From the NCBI GenBank assembly GCA_964389655.1, contig CAYMED010000012.1, forward strand, positions 661 to 64,660: a stretch of 64,000 bases of DNA, in the 5' to 3' direction. A program made the position numbers and the translations under genes. Below, one piece after another: positions 57,801 through 64,000 of this stretch (positions within the stretch are counted from its first letter, which is position 1; each line of letters opens with the position of its first letter). The notes beneath the pieces were generated by a model. That model ran no database searches. It saw only the letters and a program-made list of their open reading frames with translations, and had not been told where the DNA came from. Source of the stretch: an uncultured Candidatus Poseidoniales archaeon (lineage in GTDB: Archaea; Thermoplasmatota; Poseidoniia; Poseidoniales; CAYMED01).

Positions 57801-58571
57801 GTCAGCACCTGATGGATTGAATGAAGTAATTTCATTTCCCGTCGAAGAATTATAAATTTGAACTTCCCCATTTGTTCCGCCATTTCCAGACCGCCCAATA
57901 ACAACAGCAATCATTGTACCATTCGGGTTATACTCGACTTCTAATGCCTGATCACCCCCCCCAACATCAACACTTACTTCGTACTCTTTTGACAAATTAT
58001 TGCTGACATTATACACATACAAAAGGTCTGAATTATCTACCATTGCTGCAAACTCACCATCAGGTGACCAAGCAATGTCGTGGATGTTACCGGGGGCTAT
58101 TGAAATTAAATTTGCCTTTGTAGTACTTGACCAAATACGCAAGTTTGTCCCATCGGACGTCATGTAATAGTTCCCATCCTTGCTGAAAAGAGAAATGTAG
58201 TGGTCATTATTCGATGGTTGATATGTCTCTTGTAGAAAACCCCCATTAGACATAACCCACGGGTCATTCAAGTCGCTTGTTCCGTCTCCATCTCGATCAG
58301 GACACCCTATCCGGTCAATGGTGCTGTTTCCAAACGCAAGGGGGCATTCATCGGAGTTAGAATCAATACTATCTAAATCCAAATCCTCTGCACTTACTGA
58401 CGTTAATGGGAGTAAAATCATCAGGGCTGTTAAAATCAGCGCAACGACCCTTTTTGCATCACGCACAGATGCCGCATCAACTTCTACTTGAAAGAGGCTG
58501 TGCTTACTTGTTCTTTCCATAATTCGTCGATATCGTTGAATGGAGACGACCTCTCGGTGTAGATGGTGCAC
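54813..58571 (-). CDS. Giant (about 1250 aa) surface protein: PD40/WD-like beta-propeller, long array of DxDxDG Ca-binding repeats, C-terminal TM anchor with cytoplasmic tail
   Basis: Propeller strands are DIAWSPDGEFAA, VEYNPNGTMIAV, VEWSPDGSRIVIG, VDWSPDGKSIAV, IVFSPDSTQVAG and LDWHPDGYYIIS. About 12 (T/D)QW.D.D.DGYGDN units alternate with about 7 GCPD.DGDG.SD units. The TM is VLGIGGIAILGIIVAVILLAL. An alternative start at ATG 58520 (MERTSKHS...) would avoid the 9-nt overlap with the divergent gene. Confidence 0.85.
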   Translation of the reverse strand: MHHLHREVVSIQRYRRIMERTSKHSLFQVEVDAASVRDAKRVVALILTALMILLPLTSVSAEDLDLDSIDSNSDECPLAFGNSTIDRIGCPDRDGDGTSDLNDPWVMSNGGFLQETYQPSNNDHYISLFSKDGNYYMTSDGTNLRIWSSTTKANLISIAPGNIHDIAWSPDGEFAAMVDNSDLLYVYNVSNNLSKEYEVSVDVGGGDQALEVEYNPNGTMIAVVIGRSGNGGTNGEVQIYNSSTGNEITSFNPSGADRFYSVEWSPDGSRIVIGGREDIWVYNTATWVQNATRNTNRGSINAVDWSPDGKSIAVCEAWESSGARIRMIDYPSMSQRWVYDTSTSCQDIVFSPDSTQVAGSHTYYQSDGASIRIFNTYGSSPSIIDTLSAPRPGGCTSGGGGNDCGTIYGLDWHPDGYYIISAHGRNDDGIYHWKVDPDKDGDGYLNPVDAFPEDATQWNDTDLDGYGDNLNGTEGDVCPDVHGLSNKDRHGCPDADGDGWSDLGDDFPADQKQWVDVDQDGVGDNYECMWDSTTQLCISQEGDKFPNDVTQWFDTDGDGYGDNYGNASWTANRAAQPTLTTGWPGAFVVGAGNADALPVHNDQWNDTDGDLWGDNPNTIPEPRERADSCPHEWGDSWRIEYGCPDSDRDGSGIPFDSHPDDPTQWEDLDQDGYGDNKSGTDPDDCPQWPGNSSMDRLGCPDADGDGYSDPSKDGIDDTKNWSVSDGADAITDNPTQWIDDDEDGCGDNQTGTEADLFLNNPDQCFDRDGDGYGDNRGAADGMGDDFPDDKYQWSDKDGDGKADNWDPETFDPSLRICHDFDQDGSPDPCPGEAIENANMYVDTDFCPNRASATESGCPDSDGDGIDDNLEPWEAWINDYDRWRDRDGDGWADNPGALSNQTDHCPDHKGTSTEDRQGCPDFDGDGWSDESTGEGAQPPLWTVRDGADMFSTNPTQWSDCDSDGYGDNWADPKLNASREGKKCDIEMLNGIINQANKRVLGIWFDEARLPDLFPLEATQWQDTDGDGYGDNFADPSWASSRESEWPGIMIENASKPDRFPTEITQWGDRDGDGFGNNESLAAAFYDRCPLEPGTATNLLSQGCPDRDGDGTADRDDVCPDDPKHQQGLVTCASAEQNLESNSGGLLSSPAVLGIGGIAILGIIVAVILLALRPTRNSGDEELVQAMANSEEEARRQQWIDHYVSNGHYDEARKLGWTGIERVGPSWQDLAGEHADFQQASVPEMIDLSGEQNP
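55212..57268 (-). repeat. Coding array of Asp-rich Ca-binding repeats (two alternating unit types)
   Basis: Examples: DATQWNDTDLDGYGDN, DVTQWFDTDGDGYGDN, DPTQWEDLDQDGYGDN, NPTQWSDCDSDGYGDN, EATQWQDTDGDGYGDN, and GCPDADGDGWSD, GCPDSDGDGIDD, GCPDFDGDGWSD, GCPDRDGDGTAD. Confidence 0.85.
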
Positions 58572-60191
58572 GATCTTCCGCGCGTATCAATTGCCGTTGA
58601 AGATCGGATTATCTTGCACCTTTCAAATCAAATTGAGGAATCAGATCGCTATCTTGTCGGGCCTGAAGTGACTCGTCCTGGCATTGCTGAAGCATGTGGG
58701 CTTCACCCTCCTAATGTGAGTCGAGCAATGCGGTCTTTGGGGCGTAAAGGATTGGTATCAGAACGTACTTGTGCCATACGCGGTGAAACAAGGAGACAAA
58801 AAACTTGGCAATTGACAACAACAGGACAATCTTTTGTCGCCGAACGCCGAGTTGAACTCCAAGACATCTTAGTCCTTGTAAGGGATAGTGAAGGGAAATT
58901 GTTGGAAGTTCCTGCACGTGACGCATCTCTTCGCCTGGACGCGCGATTAGATCTTCTCAGCATTCTTATGTTTGCTTCAACCGAAGGCGTCCTCACATTT
59001 GGCGACATTCGTTTTGGTCCAATAGCATCTAGGAGCCCCAAACCGGATGAAATTCCGGGGCGTCTAGTCCTATTTGCGGGAGCTCATTCAACTTACGACA
59101 TAGTTCCTCCAGCACCAAGGAAAATGCACGGAAGGGCAGATGAAATTGAGTTGATTGATTCTTGGTTTGATGCAAATACTCCTGTATTAGCCATTCATGG
59201 GATTGCGGGAATTGGTAAGTCCACACTCATTGCGCATTGGATTCGCAGTCGGCGGCCCGAATCAGAAGGTCACAGCCTTTGCTGGTATCCTTGCCAACCA
59301 TGGGATACTGCAACAGGCATCGCCACAAGCCTACTCCATAGATTTGGTGTGCGTCCGGGGCATGACCCCCATCATTTGATTGATGCACTTCCTCGCCGCC
59401 CAGGGCAACAACTAGACGTAGACGGCCTTCGTCGCCGTTTGGCATCTTACCTTATTGATCCTTCATCTGTACGTGAAATATTTACCCCCCCATCTACTGA
59501 ATCACCTTCTAGAACCAATATGAGCGTAGCCAATGAGGGAGAACCACCTCCCATCTGGTTTGTAGTTCTTGATGATGTGCACCACGTTGATCCAGACCCA
59601 ACCGGTCTTCTTTCTGCCTTTGTAGATTTAGCACGCCAAACCCCATTGCGCTTGGTAATGATAAGCCGAACTAGGCCCAAGGCCTATGATAGAAGAGATG
59701 TGCATGTGCGTAATGTAGTAGATGAAATTTCTCTTGATGGCTTATCGGAATCTGAGGTTGCCGACTGGATCGAATCCATGGAACATCGCCCAGCCTTAGA
59801 TCCAGATGAATTACGTGATCGAACTGGTGGGCACCCTTTAGCTCTTGAGTTGCTTGAATTATATGGAAGTCCACAACACCATGATTGGAGAGGCTTTCTT
59901 GATGACGAAATTCTAGGTGTCTTACCTAAATCTGAAGCCGACCTTCTTGCAGTTCTTGCAGAAGCAGAAGGTCCAGTTCCTTGGATAGCTCTCGCTTCAG
60001 CAGCCGAATTTGACGGACGACCACCAAAGCGGCTTGTTGAGCATGGTTTATTGATTGAAACCGAATCGGGTTGGTGGATGCATGAGGCTTTGCGTGAACG
60101 CCTCCATTTGGATTCGAGCCGCGCACGTCAAGAACGCCGCCGCCTTCTCAATATTTCATTAGAAAAAGAACGCTCTCAGCAGGAAGGATGA
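58563..60191 (+). CDS. wHTH plus STAND/AAA-type P-loop NTPase regulator-like protein
   Basis: The N-terminal wHTH is GIAEACGLHPPNVSRAMRSLGRKGLVSE...WQLTTTGQ. It is followed by MHGRADEIELIDSWFDANTPVLAIHGIAGIGKSTLIAHWI (Walker A), IWFVVLDDVHHV (Walker B) and a helical C-terminal region. The gene is divergent from the giant Ca-binding surface-protein gene. Confidence 0.65.
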   Translation: MVHDLPRVSIAVEDRIILHLSNQIEESDRYLVGPEVTRPGIAEACGLHPPNVSRAMRSLGRKGLVSERTCAIRGETRRQKTWQLTTTGQSFVAERRVELQDILVLVRDSEGKLLEVPARDASLRLDARLDLLSILMFASTEGVLTFGDIRFGPIASRSPKPDEIPGRLVLFAGAHSTYDIVPPAPRKMHGRADEIELIDSWFDANTPVLAIHGIAGIGKSTLIAHWIRSRRPESEGHSLCWYPCQPWDTATGIATSLLHRFGVRPGHDPHHLIDALPRRPGQQLDVDGLRRRLASYLIDPSSVREIFTPPSTESPSRTNMSVANEGEPPPIWFVVLDDVHHVDPDPTGLLSAFVDLARQTPLRLVMISRTRPKAYDRRDVHVRNVVDEISLDGLSESEVADWIESMEHRPALDPDELRDRTGGHPLALELLELYGSPQHHDWRGFLDDEILGVLPKSEADLLAVLAEAEGPVPWIALASAAEFDGRPPKRLVEHGLLIETESGWWMHEALRERLHLDSSRARQERRRLLNISLEKERSQQEG

Positions 60192-60215
60192 TTCATCTCC
60201 TGCCTAGCGGATGAG

Positions 60216-60905
60216 TTGAACCCCATGATTATCGCGCCGAGTGTACTCACAGCCAATCTTGCTGCTTTAGCAAATGCATGTGATGAAGCCATTCAGAATG
60301 GCTTAGAATGGCTTCACCTTGATGTCATGGATGGCCATTTTGTACCTAATTTAACAATTGGCCCTCCAGTAATCCGTTCTTTACGAAAAGCACTTGGCCC
60401 AGATGCATATTTCGATGCACATCTCATGATTCAGAATGTAGAATCAATGTACAAAGACTATGTTGATGCAGGCGTAGATCATATCACGGTTCATGTGGAG
60501 GCAGTAGTAGACCTCCCAATGTGTCTACAAAATATACGAGATGAAGGCGTGAATGTTGGTGTTTCATTGAAGCCAAGTACGCCAATAGATGTAATCAAAG
60601 ATGTCCTTGCGGATGTTGACCTTGTCCTCATCATGAGCGTAAATCCGGGATTTGGTGGTCAGAGTTTCATGGAAGAATCCCTTGGCCGAATCCAAACATT
60701 ACAGGAGATGATCGCATCGCAAATAGAATCCGGGGGGCGGAAAGTAACTATACAAATTGATGGGGGAATCAATACAAATACAATTTCTTTAGCTCAAAAA
60801 GCAGGAGTCGATTGTGCAGTTGTTGGTTCTGCACTTTACAACCAACATCCACTTTCACAAAACCTTGCAGAATTATACCGAGTCATGGGGCGGCTTGCTG
60901 AATGA
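60216..60905 (+). CDS. rpe: Ribulose-phosphate 3-epimerase
   Basis: IAPSVLTANLAAL...LHLDVMDGHFVPNLTIGPPV...MSVNPGFGGQSF...IQIDGGIN. The track start is TTG 60216 and the first ATG is at 60225. Confidence 0.9.
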   Translation: MNPMIIAPSVLTANLAALANACDEAIQNGLEWLHLDVMDGHFVPNLTIGPPVIRSLRKALGPDAYFDAHLMIQNVESMYKDYVDAGVDHITVHVEAVVDLPMCLQNIRDEGVNVGVSLKPSTPIDVIKDVLADVDLVLIMSVNPGFGGQSFMEESLGRIQTLQEMIASQIESGGRKVTIQIDGGINTNTISLAQKAGVDCAVVGSALYNQHPLSQNLAELYRVMGRLAE

Positions 60906-61990
60906 AAGTTCTCATAGTTTCAACTTTGTTTCCATTCCCTTCTGCGCCTTGGCGAGGTACTTTTGTTCGTGATCATGTGCATTTGCTCAAAGATGCAGGC
61001 CATGACATACGGGTCATTGCTCCTAGGCCGTGGGTTCCTTTCGGTTTGGAGAAGCGAATGCCAAATTTCCGGGGACTGCGTTCCGTTCCATGCAGCCTTA
61101 TTCTTGATGAGGTTCTTGTAGAATCTCCTCTTTTCCGCAGCTTGCCAGGTGGAAGAAGCCACCGATGGGTGGCGAGACAATTGCGCCGTTCATCAAGAAA
61201 AATAGCAAAAAAGTGGAATACTTGGAAACCAGATGTTATCCATAGCCATACTATTCTTCCTTCATGCCATCTTGCAGTTGAATACGGGAAATTAGTTGAC
61301 AGCCCCGTAGTTGCAACAGTTCCTGGATGGGACTTTGATGAAGGCGTACTCACTAATTTTACGACTATGAAGTCTCTGTTGTCTCAAGTTGAAACATTAT
61401 TCTTAATGCGAGAAAGCCAACGTGAAATCGCTGATAAATTAGAATACAACAAAAAAACGCATGTCTTGCCTTACCCTGTGATTGTTGAAAACGCAGTAAA
61501 TGTTACTTTAGAGCCACTGTGGGATGGACAACAAGATCGTCCATTTCGAATTCTCTTCCCAGCCAGCCCCTCTCGTTCAGAGAAAAATTTTGATCTTTTC
61601 TCTAGTGCAATTGGTCATTTGCGGTCATCAGGTGTAGACATCGAAACAGAGGTTCTTGGTGGTTTAGATCATTTGGAGGTCCTAGACCTACTTCGTCAAG
61701 TAGACTTGGTTGTTTACACATCTAAGCGGGAAGGTGCTCCGATTGTTGCACGTGAAGCCGTTGCCTTAGGCACTCGCGTATGTGGTGTGAATATAGGCGA
61801 CTTAGCCGATTGGCTCCCCGAGTTTGCTATTTCTTCGTCTCCCACCACAGAAGAAGTTAGCAATACAATCCTTTCTTCTCTCTCAAAGAGCGGAGACCAT
61901 TGGTGCTTGCCCGCGCATTTTATGCCGGATTATTGTACGGAAAAGCACATCCAAGTCTATAGGGAAATTATTGAGCAACACTTCAACTAA
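60902..61990 (+). CDS. Glycosyltransferase, GT4-like (GT-B fold)
   Basis: MKVLIVSTLFPFPSAPWRGTFVRDHVHLLKDAGHDIRVIAP N-terminus and C-terminal TSKREGAPIVAREAVALGTRV (E-x7-E-like). Its ATG overlaps the rpe stop (ATGA). Confidence 0.8.
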   Translation: MKVLIVSTLFPFPSAPWRGTFVRDHVHLLKDAGHDIRVIAPRPWVPFGLEKRMPNFRGLRSVPCSLILDEVLVESPLFRSLPGGRSHRWVARQLRRSSRKIAKKWNTWKPDVIHSHTILPSCHLAVEYGKLVDSPVVATVPGWDFDEGVLTNFTTMKSLLSQVETLFLMRESQREIADKLEYNKKTHVLPYPVIVENAVNVTLEPLWDGQQDRPFRILFPASPSRSEKNFDLFSSAIGHLRSSGVDIETEVLGGLDHLEVLDLLRQVDLVVYTSKREGAPIVAREAVALGTRVCGVNIGDLADWLPEFAISSSPTTEEVSNTILSSLSKSGDHWCLPAHFMPDYCTEKHIQVYREIIEQHFN

Positions 61991-63209
61991 TTTCCAAGAC
62001 TTCTTCCAAGAGGTTATTTGCGATATAATCGACATCCTCTGCACTTAATTGAGTGTGCAACGGTAATGTAATCTCATTTGAATAGCATGCCATTGCAACT
62101 GGATAGTCATCCAGATGGTATCCGAATTCAGAGTATACCTTGAACAATGGCAATGGTTTGTAATGTACGTTAGTTGGGACTCCTTTTGAAATAAGGCGGT
62201 TTATGAGTTCATTTCGTTTTTCTACATTTAAATTAGCTATCCTTAATTGGAAGAGGTGGTAAGAAGACTCACGGTCTTTTAACTTGAATTTAGGCAGTAT
62301 GAATTGTTTATGTGGGGTGAGTATTCTAAGGTATTTCTCCGTTATTTCCTTTCTTTTAGGCAGTATTTCTGTGTTGTATCGCTTCAATTGTGCTAATCCA
62401 ATCGCAGCATTAAGATCGGCCATATTATATTTCCATCCAGCAATTGAAATATCGTATTCCCAAGCACCAGCCTTTGTCTTTGCCAATGCATCTTTAGTTT
62501 GGCCATGTAGTGACATTAGCATCATTTTTTGATAGATATTTTGATCAATGAAGCAAGGATTATTTTTCCAAGTAACTGCACCCCCCTCGGCAGTTGTAAG
62601 GTTTTTGACGGCGTGAAAGGAGAAGGCAGTGAAATCGGCAACATTTCCACTCATCCGCCCATCGTATTTTGCTCCAAATGAATGTGCCCCATCAGCGATG
62701 ACAACAATTCGGCCCAATTGCTCTTGTAATGTTCCTGTTGACGGTTTGAAGATATTTTTATTGATTTCAACGACCTTGAAAATATCATCATAATCAGCAG
62801 GCATACCCCCAATATCCACGGCAATGATTGCTTTCGTCCTCTCTGTAATTGCCCCGGCAATACATTTTGGATCAATGTTGAAACCACCTGGTTGAATATC
62901 AACCAATACTGGCTTCGCACCACAGTGTATAATCACACTTGCTGAAGCTGTATATGTATAGGCGGATGTAATGACTTCGTCCCCCGGCCCAATATCAAAT
63001 AGCCGAAGCAATAATTCCATTCCTGCAGTTGCTGAATTGAGACATGCCGTTCGACTTGAACCACAATAGTCGCTAATTTCTTTCTCAAAACGTTTTGTTT
63101 TGGGCCCAGTTGTAATCCACCCAGACCGCAATGTATCTACTACTTCATCGATCTCAGATTGTGTAATATCAGGGGGGGAGAACTGGATGTTTCGGCTCAT
63201 CCAGACCAC
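61983..63209 (-). CDS. DegT/DnrJ/EryC1/StrS-family PLP-dependent sugar aminotransferase
   Basis: SPPDITQSEIDEVVDTLRSGWITTGPKTKRFEKE, NSATAGMELLL, and the SFHAVKNLTTAEGG PLP-Lys motif. The likely start is MSRNIQF (ATG 63197). Confidence 0.9.
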   Translation of the reverse strand: MVWMSRNIQFSPPDITQSEIDEVVDTLRSGWITTGPKTKRFEKEISDYCGSSRTACLNSATAGMELLLRLFDIGPGDEVITSAYTYTASASVIIHCGAKPVLVDIQPGGFNIDPKCIAGAITERTKAIIAVDIGGMPADYDDIFKVVEINKNIFKPSTGTLQEQLGRIVVIADGAHSFGAKYDGRMSGNVADFTAFSFHAVKNLTTAEGGAVTWKNNPCFIDQNIYQKMMLMSLHGQTKDALAKTKAGAWEYDISIAGWKYNMADLNAAIGLAQLKRYNTEILPKRKEITEKYLRILTPHKQFILPKFKLKDRESSYHLFQLRIANLNVEKRNELINRLISKGVPTNVHYKPLPLFKVYSEFGYHLDDYPVAMACYSNEITLPLHTQLSAEDVDYIANNLLEEVLEIS

Positions 63210-63232
63210 CCACCTTCAAGCATAAATTGAAA

Positions 63233-64000
63233 TCATGCATTCGTAATGGAAGACGCCATTGAAGTTGCAATATCCCTGACGAATGTCTGCAGTTCTTGCT
63301 CGTCAAACCTTTCTGCAGCATCCGAGCATAAACGACGATCTCCAAATGATTCGGCTTCAGATGGTGGCTCCCATTCATCATCATTACCCGGTGCTAGAAT
63401 GATATGCCGTCCTAGCACAAATGCTCGCTGCGCTTCATCAACTGTTAGAAGGTCTTCATGTAACTTTTCAGCGCGTATGACGCCCCTGACCTCCAATCCT
63501 ATTTCAGTTCCATTTTCCATTTCCTTCTGTACAACAGAAGCAAGTTCCCCTAATTGAAATGCCTTCATCGTGAGGACAAATGTTTCTCCTCCTTGCGTGA
63601 GCCTCAATGAATCGAGAATCAATTCGGCTGCTTCAGGGATGGGCATGGCGAAGCGAGTCACTCTTTCGTCAGAGATCCAAATCATGTTTTTCGTCAATGC
63701 AGACATGATCATGGACGGGATGACCGAACCTCTACTTCCTAAGACGTTGCCAAATCTGACACAAGAAAAAATAGTGTCTCCAGTCGAATTCCCATCAAGG
63801 GTCAATTTTTCAGCAATATATTTTGTTGCCCCCATTGTTGAGGATGGGTTAACTGCTTTATCTGTGCTAATTGTAACCATCATATTGACTCCAAATTGTT
63901 TAGCCAGATCAACGACATTTTGTGTTCCGATGATGTTTGTTTTCACGGCTTCTGTGGGATTCTGCTCACTTATCAGTACATGCTTGAGTGCAGCAGCATG
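63233..64000 (-). CDS. CapD/PglF-type polysaccharide biosynthesis dehydratase (NDP-sugar 4,6-dehydratase family), C-terminal part; 5' end beyond the right window edge
   Basis: My reverse-strand read stays open to position 64000: HAAALKHVLISEQNPTEAVKTNIIGTQNVVDLAK...ISTDKAVNPSSTMGATKYIAEKL...VRFGNVLGSRGSVIP, which are classic CapD/PglF motifs. The track starts it artificially at GTG 63946. Confidence 0.85.
   Translation of the reverse strand, partial: HAAALKHVLISEQNPTEAVKTNIIGTQNVVDLAKQFGVNMMVTISTDKAVNPSSTMGATKYIAEKLTLDGNSTGDTIFSCVRFGNVLGSRGSVIPSMIMSALTKNMIWISDERVTRFAMPIPEAAELILDSLRLTQGGETFVLTMKAFQLGELASVVQKEMENGTEIGLEVRGVIRAEKLHEDLLTVDEAQRAFVLGRHIILAPGNDDEWEPPSEAESFGDRRLCSDAAERFDEQELQTFVRDIATSMASSITNA

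Noticed and set aside
1-64000. Searched the ORF translations for integrases, transposases, toxin-antitoxin pairs, restriction-modification systems, cas genes or other defence/mobile hallmarks, and the intergenic DNA for rRNA and tRNA.
   Set aside because: None recognised. The only nuclease-fold and STAND-type proteins (47444..48451 and 58563..60191) sit in housekeeping or regulatory contexts with no partner genes typical of defence systems.

Overview
Densely packed archaeal chromosome segment of about 50 genes, with many overlapping or abutting junctions. The archaeal call rests on PolD large subunit, primase PriL, Rpo3, archaeal-type uS13-uS4-uS11, pantoate kinase and a complete archaellum (arl/fla) operon. 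The archaellum, NfeD-flotillin, very large Asp-rich Ca-binding surface proteins and streamlined packing suggest a marine planktonic Thermoplasmatota (MGII/Poseidoniales-like) genome, but that lineage call is inference only. Layout: (i) 1-12.5 kb holds metabolism and membrane genes: a Gly-rich secreted protein fragment, pckA, a roughly 39-helix 1239-aa membrane protein, a phosphohexomutase, NfeD-flotillin and a peroxiredoxin/thioredoxin-like pair. (ii) 12.6-34.6 kb is a 22-kb uninterrupted minus-strand run of cell-surface and motility genes. In transcription order these are an SBBP/TSP3-like giant protein, a kinase-like membrane protein, an LbH transferase, a coupled 158-aa/1563-aa/328-aa module, then arlB-arlB-(D/E-like)-F-G-H-I-J plus a coupled orphan 913-aa repeat protein. 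(iii) 34.7-51.4 kb is housekeeping: a Zn-ribbon ORF, priL, DUF373-like, MptE-like, polC(DP2), pyrE, a methyltransferase, the r-protein/rpo3 cluster, pantoate kinase, a CDIN1-like nuclease and leuS. (iv) 51.4-60.2 kb holds a second giant Ca-binding beta-propeller surface protein flanked by a membrane-tethered double-wHTH protein and a wHTH-STAND ATPase. (v) 60.2-64 kb holds rpe and sugar-modification genes (GT4, DegT-type aminotransferase, CapD-type dehydratase, the last truncated at the right edge). I found no rRNA, tRNA, CRISPR array, transposase or integrase. The best candidates for undescribed biology are the 913-aa coiled-coil/4x-repeat protein whose ATG overlaps the arlJ stop, and the three-gene coupled surface module just upstream of the archaellins. 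All family assignments come from motif recognition by eye and none was database-verified.
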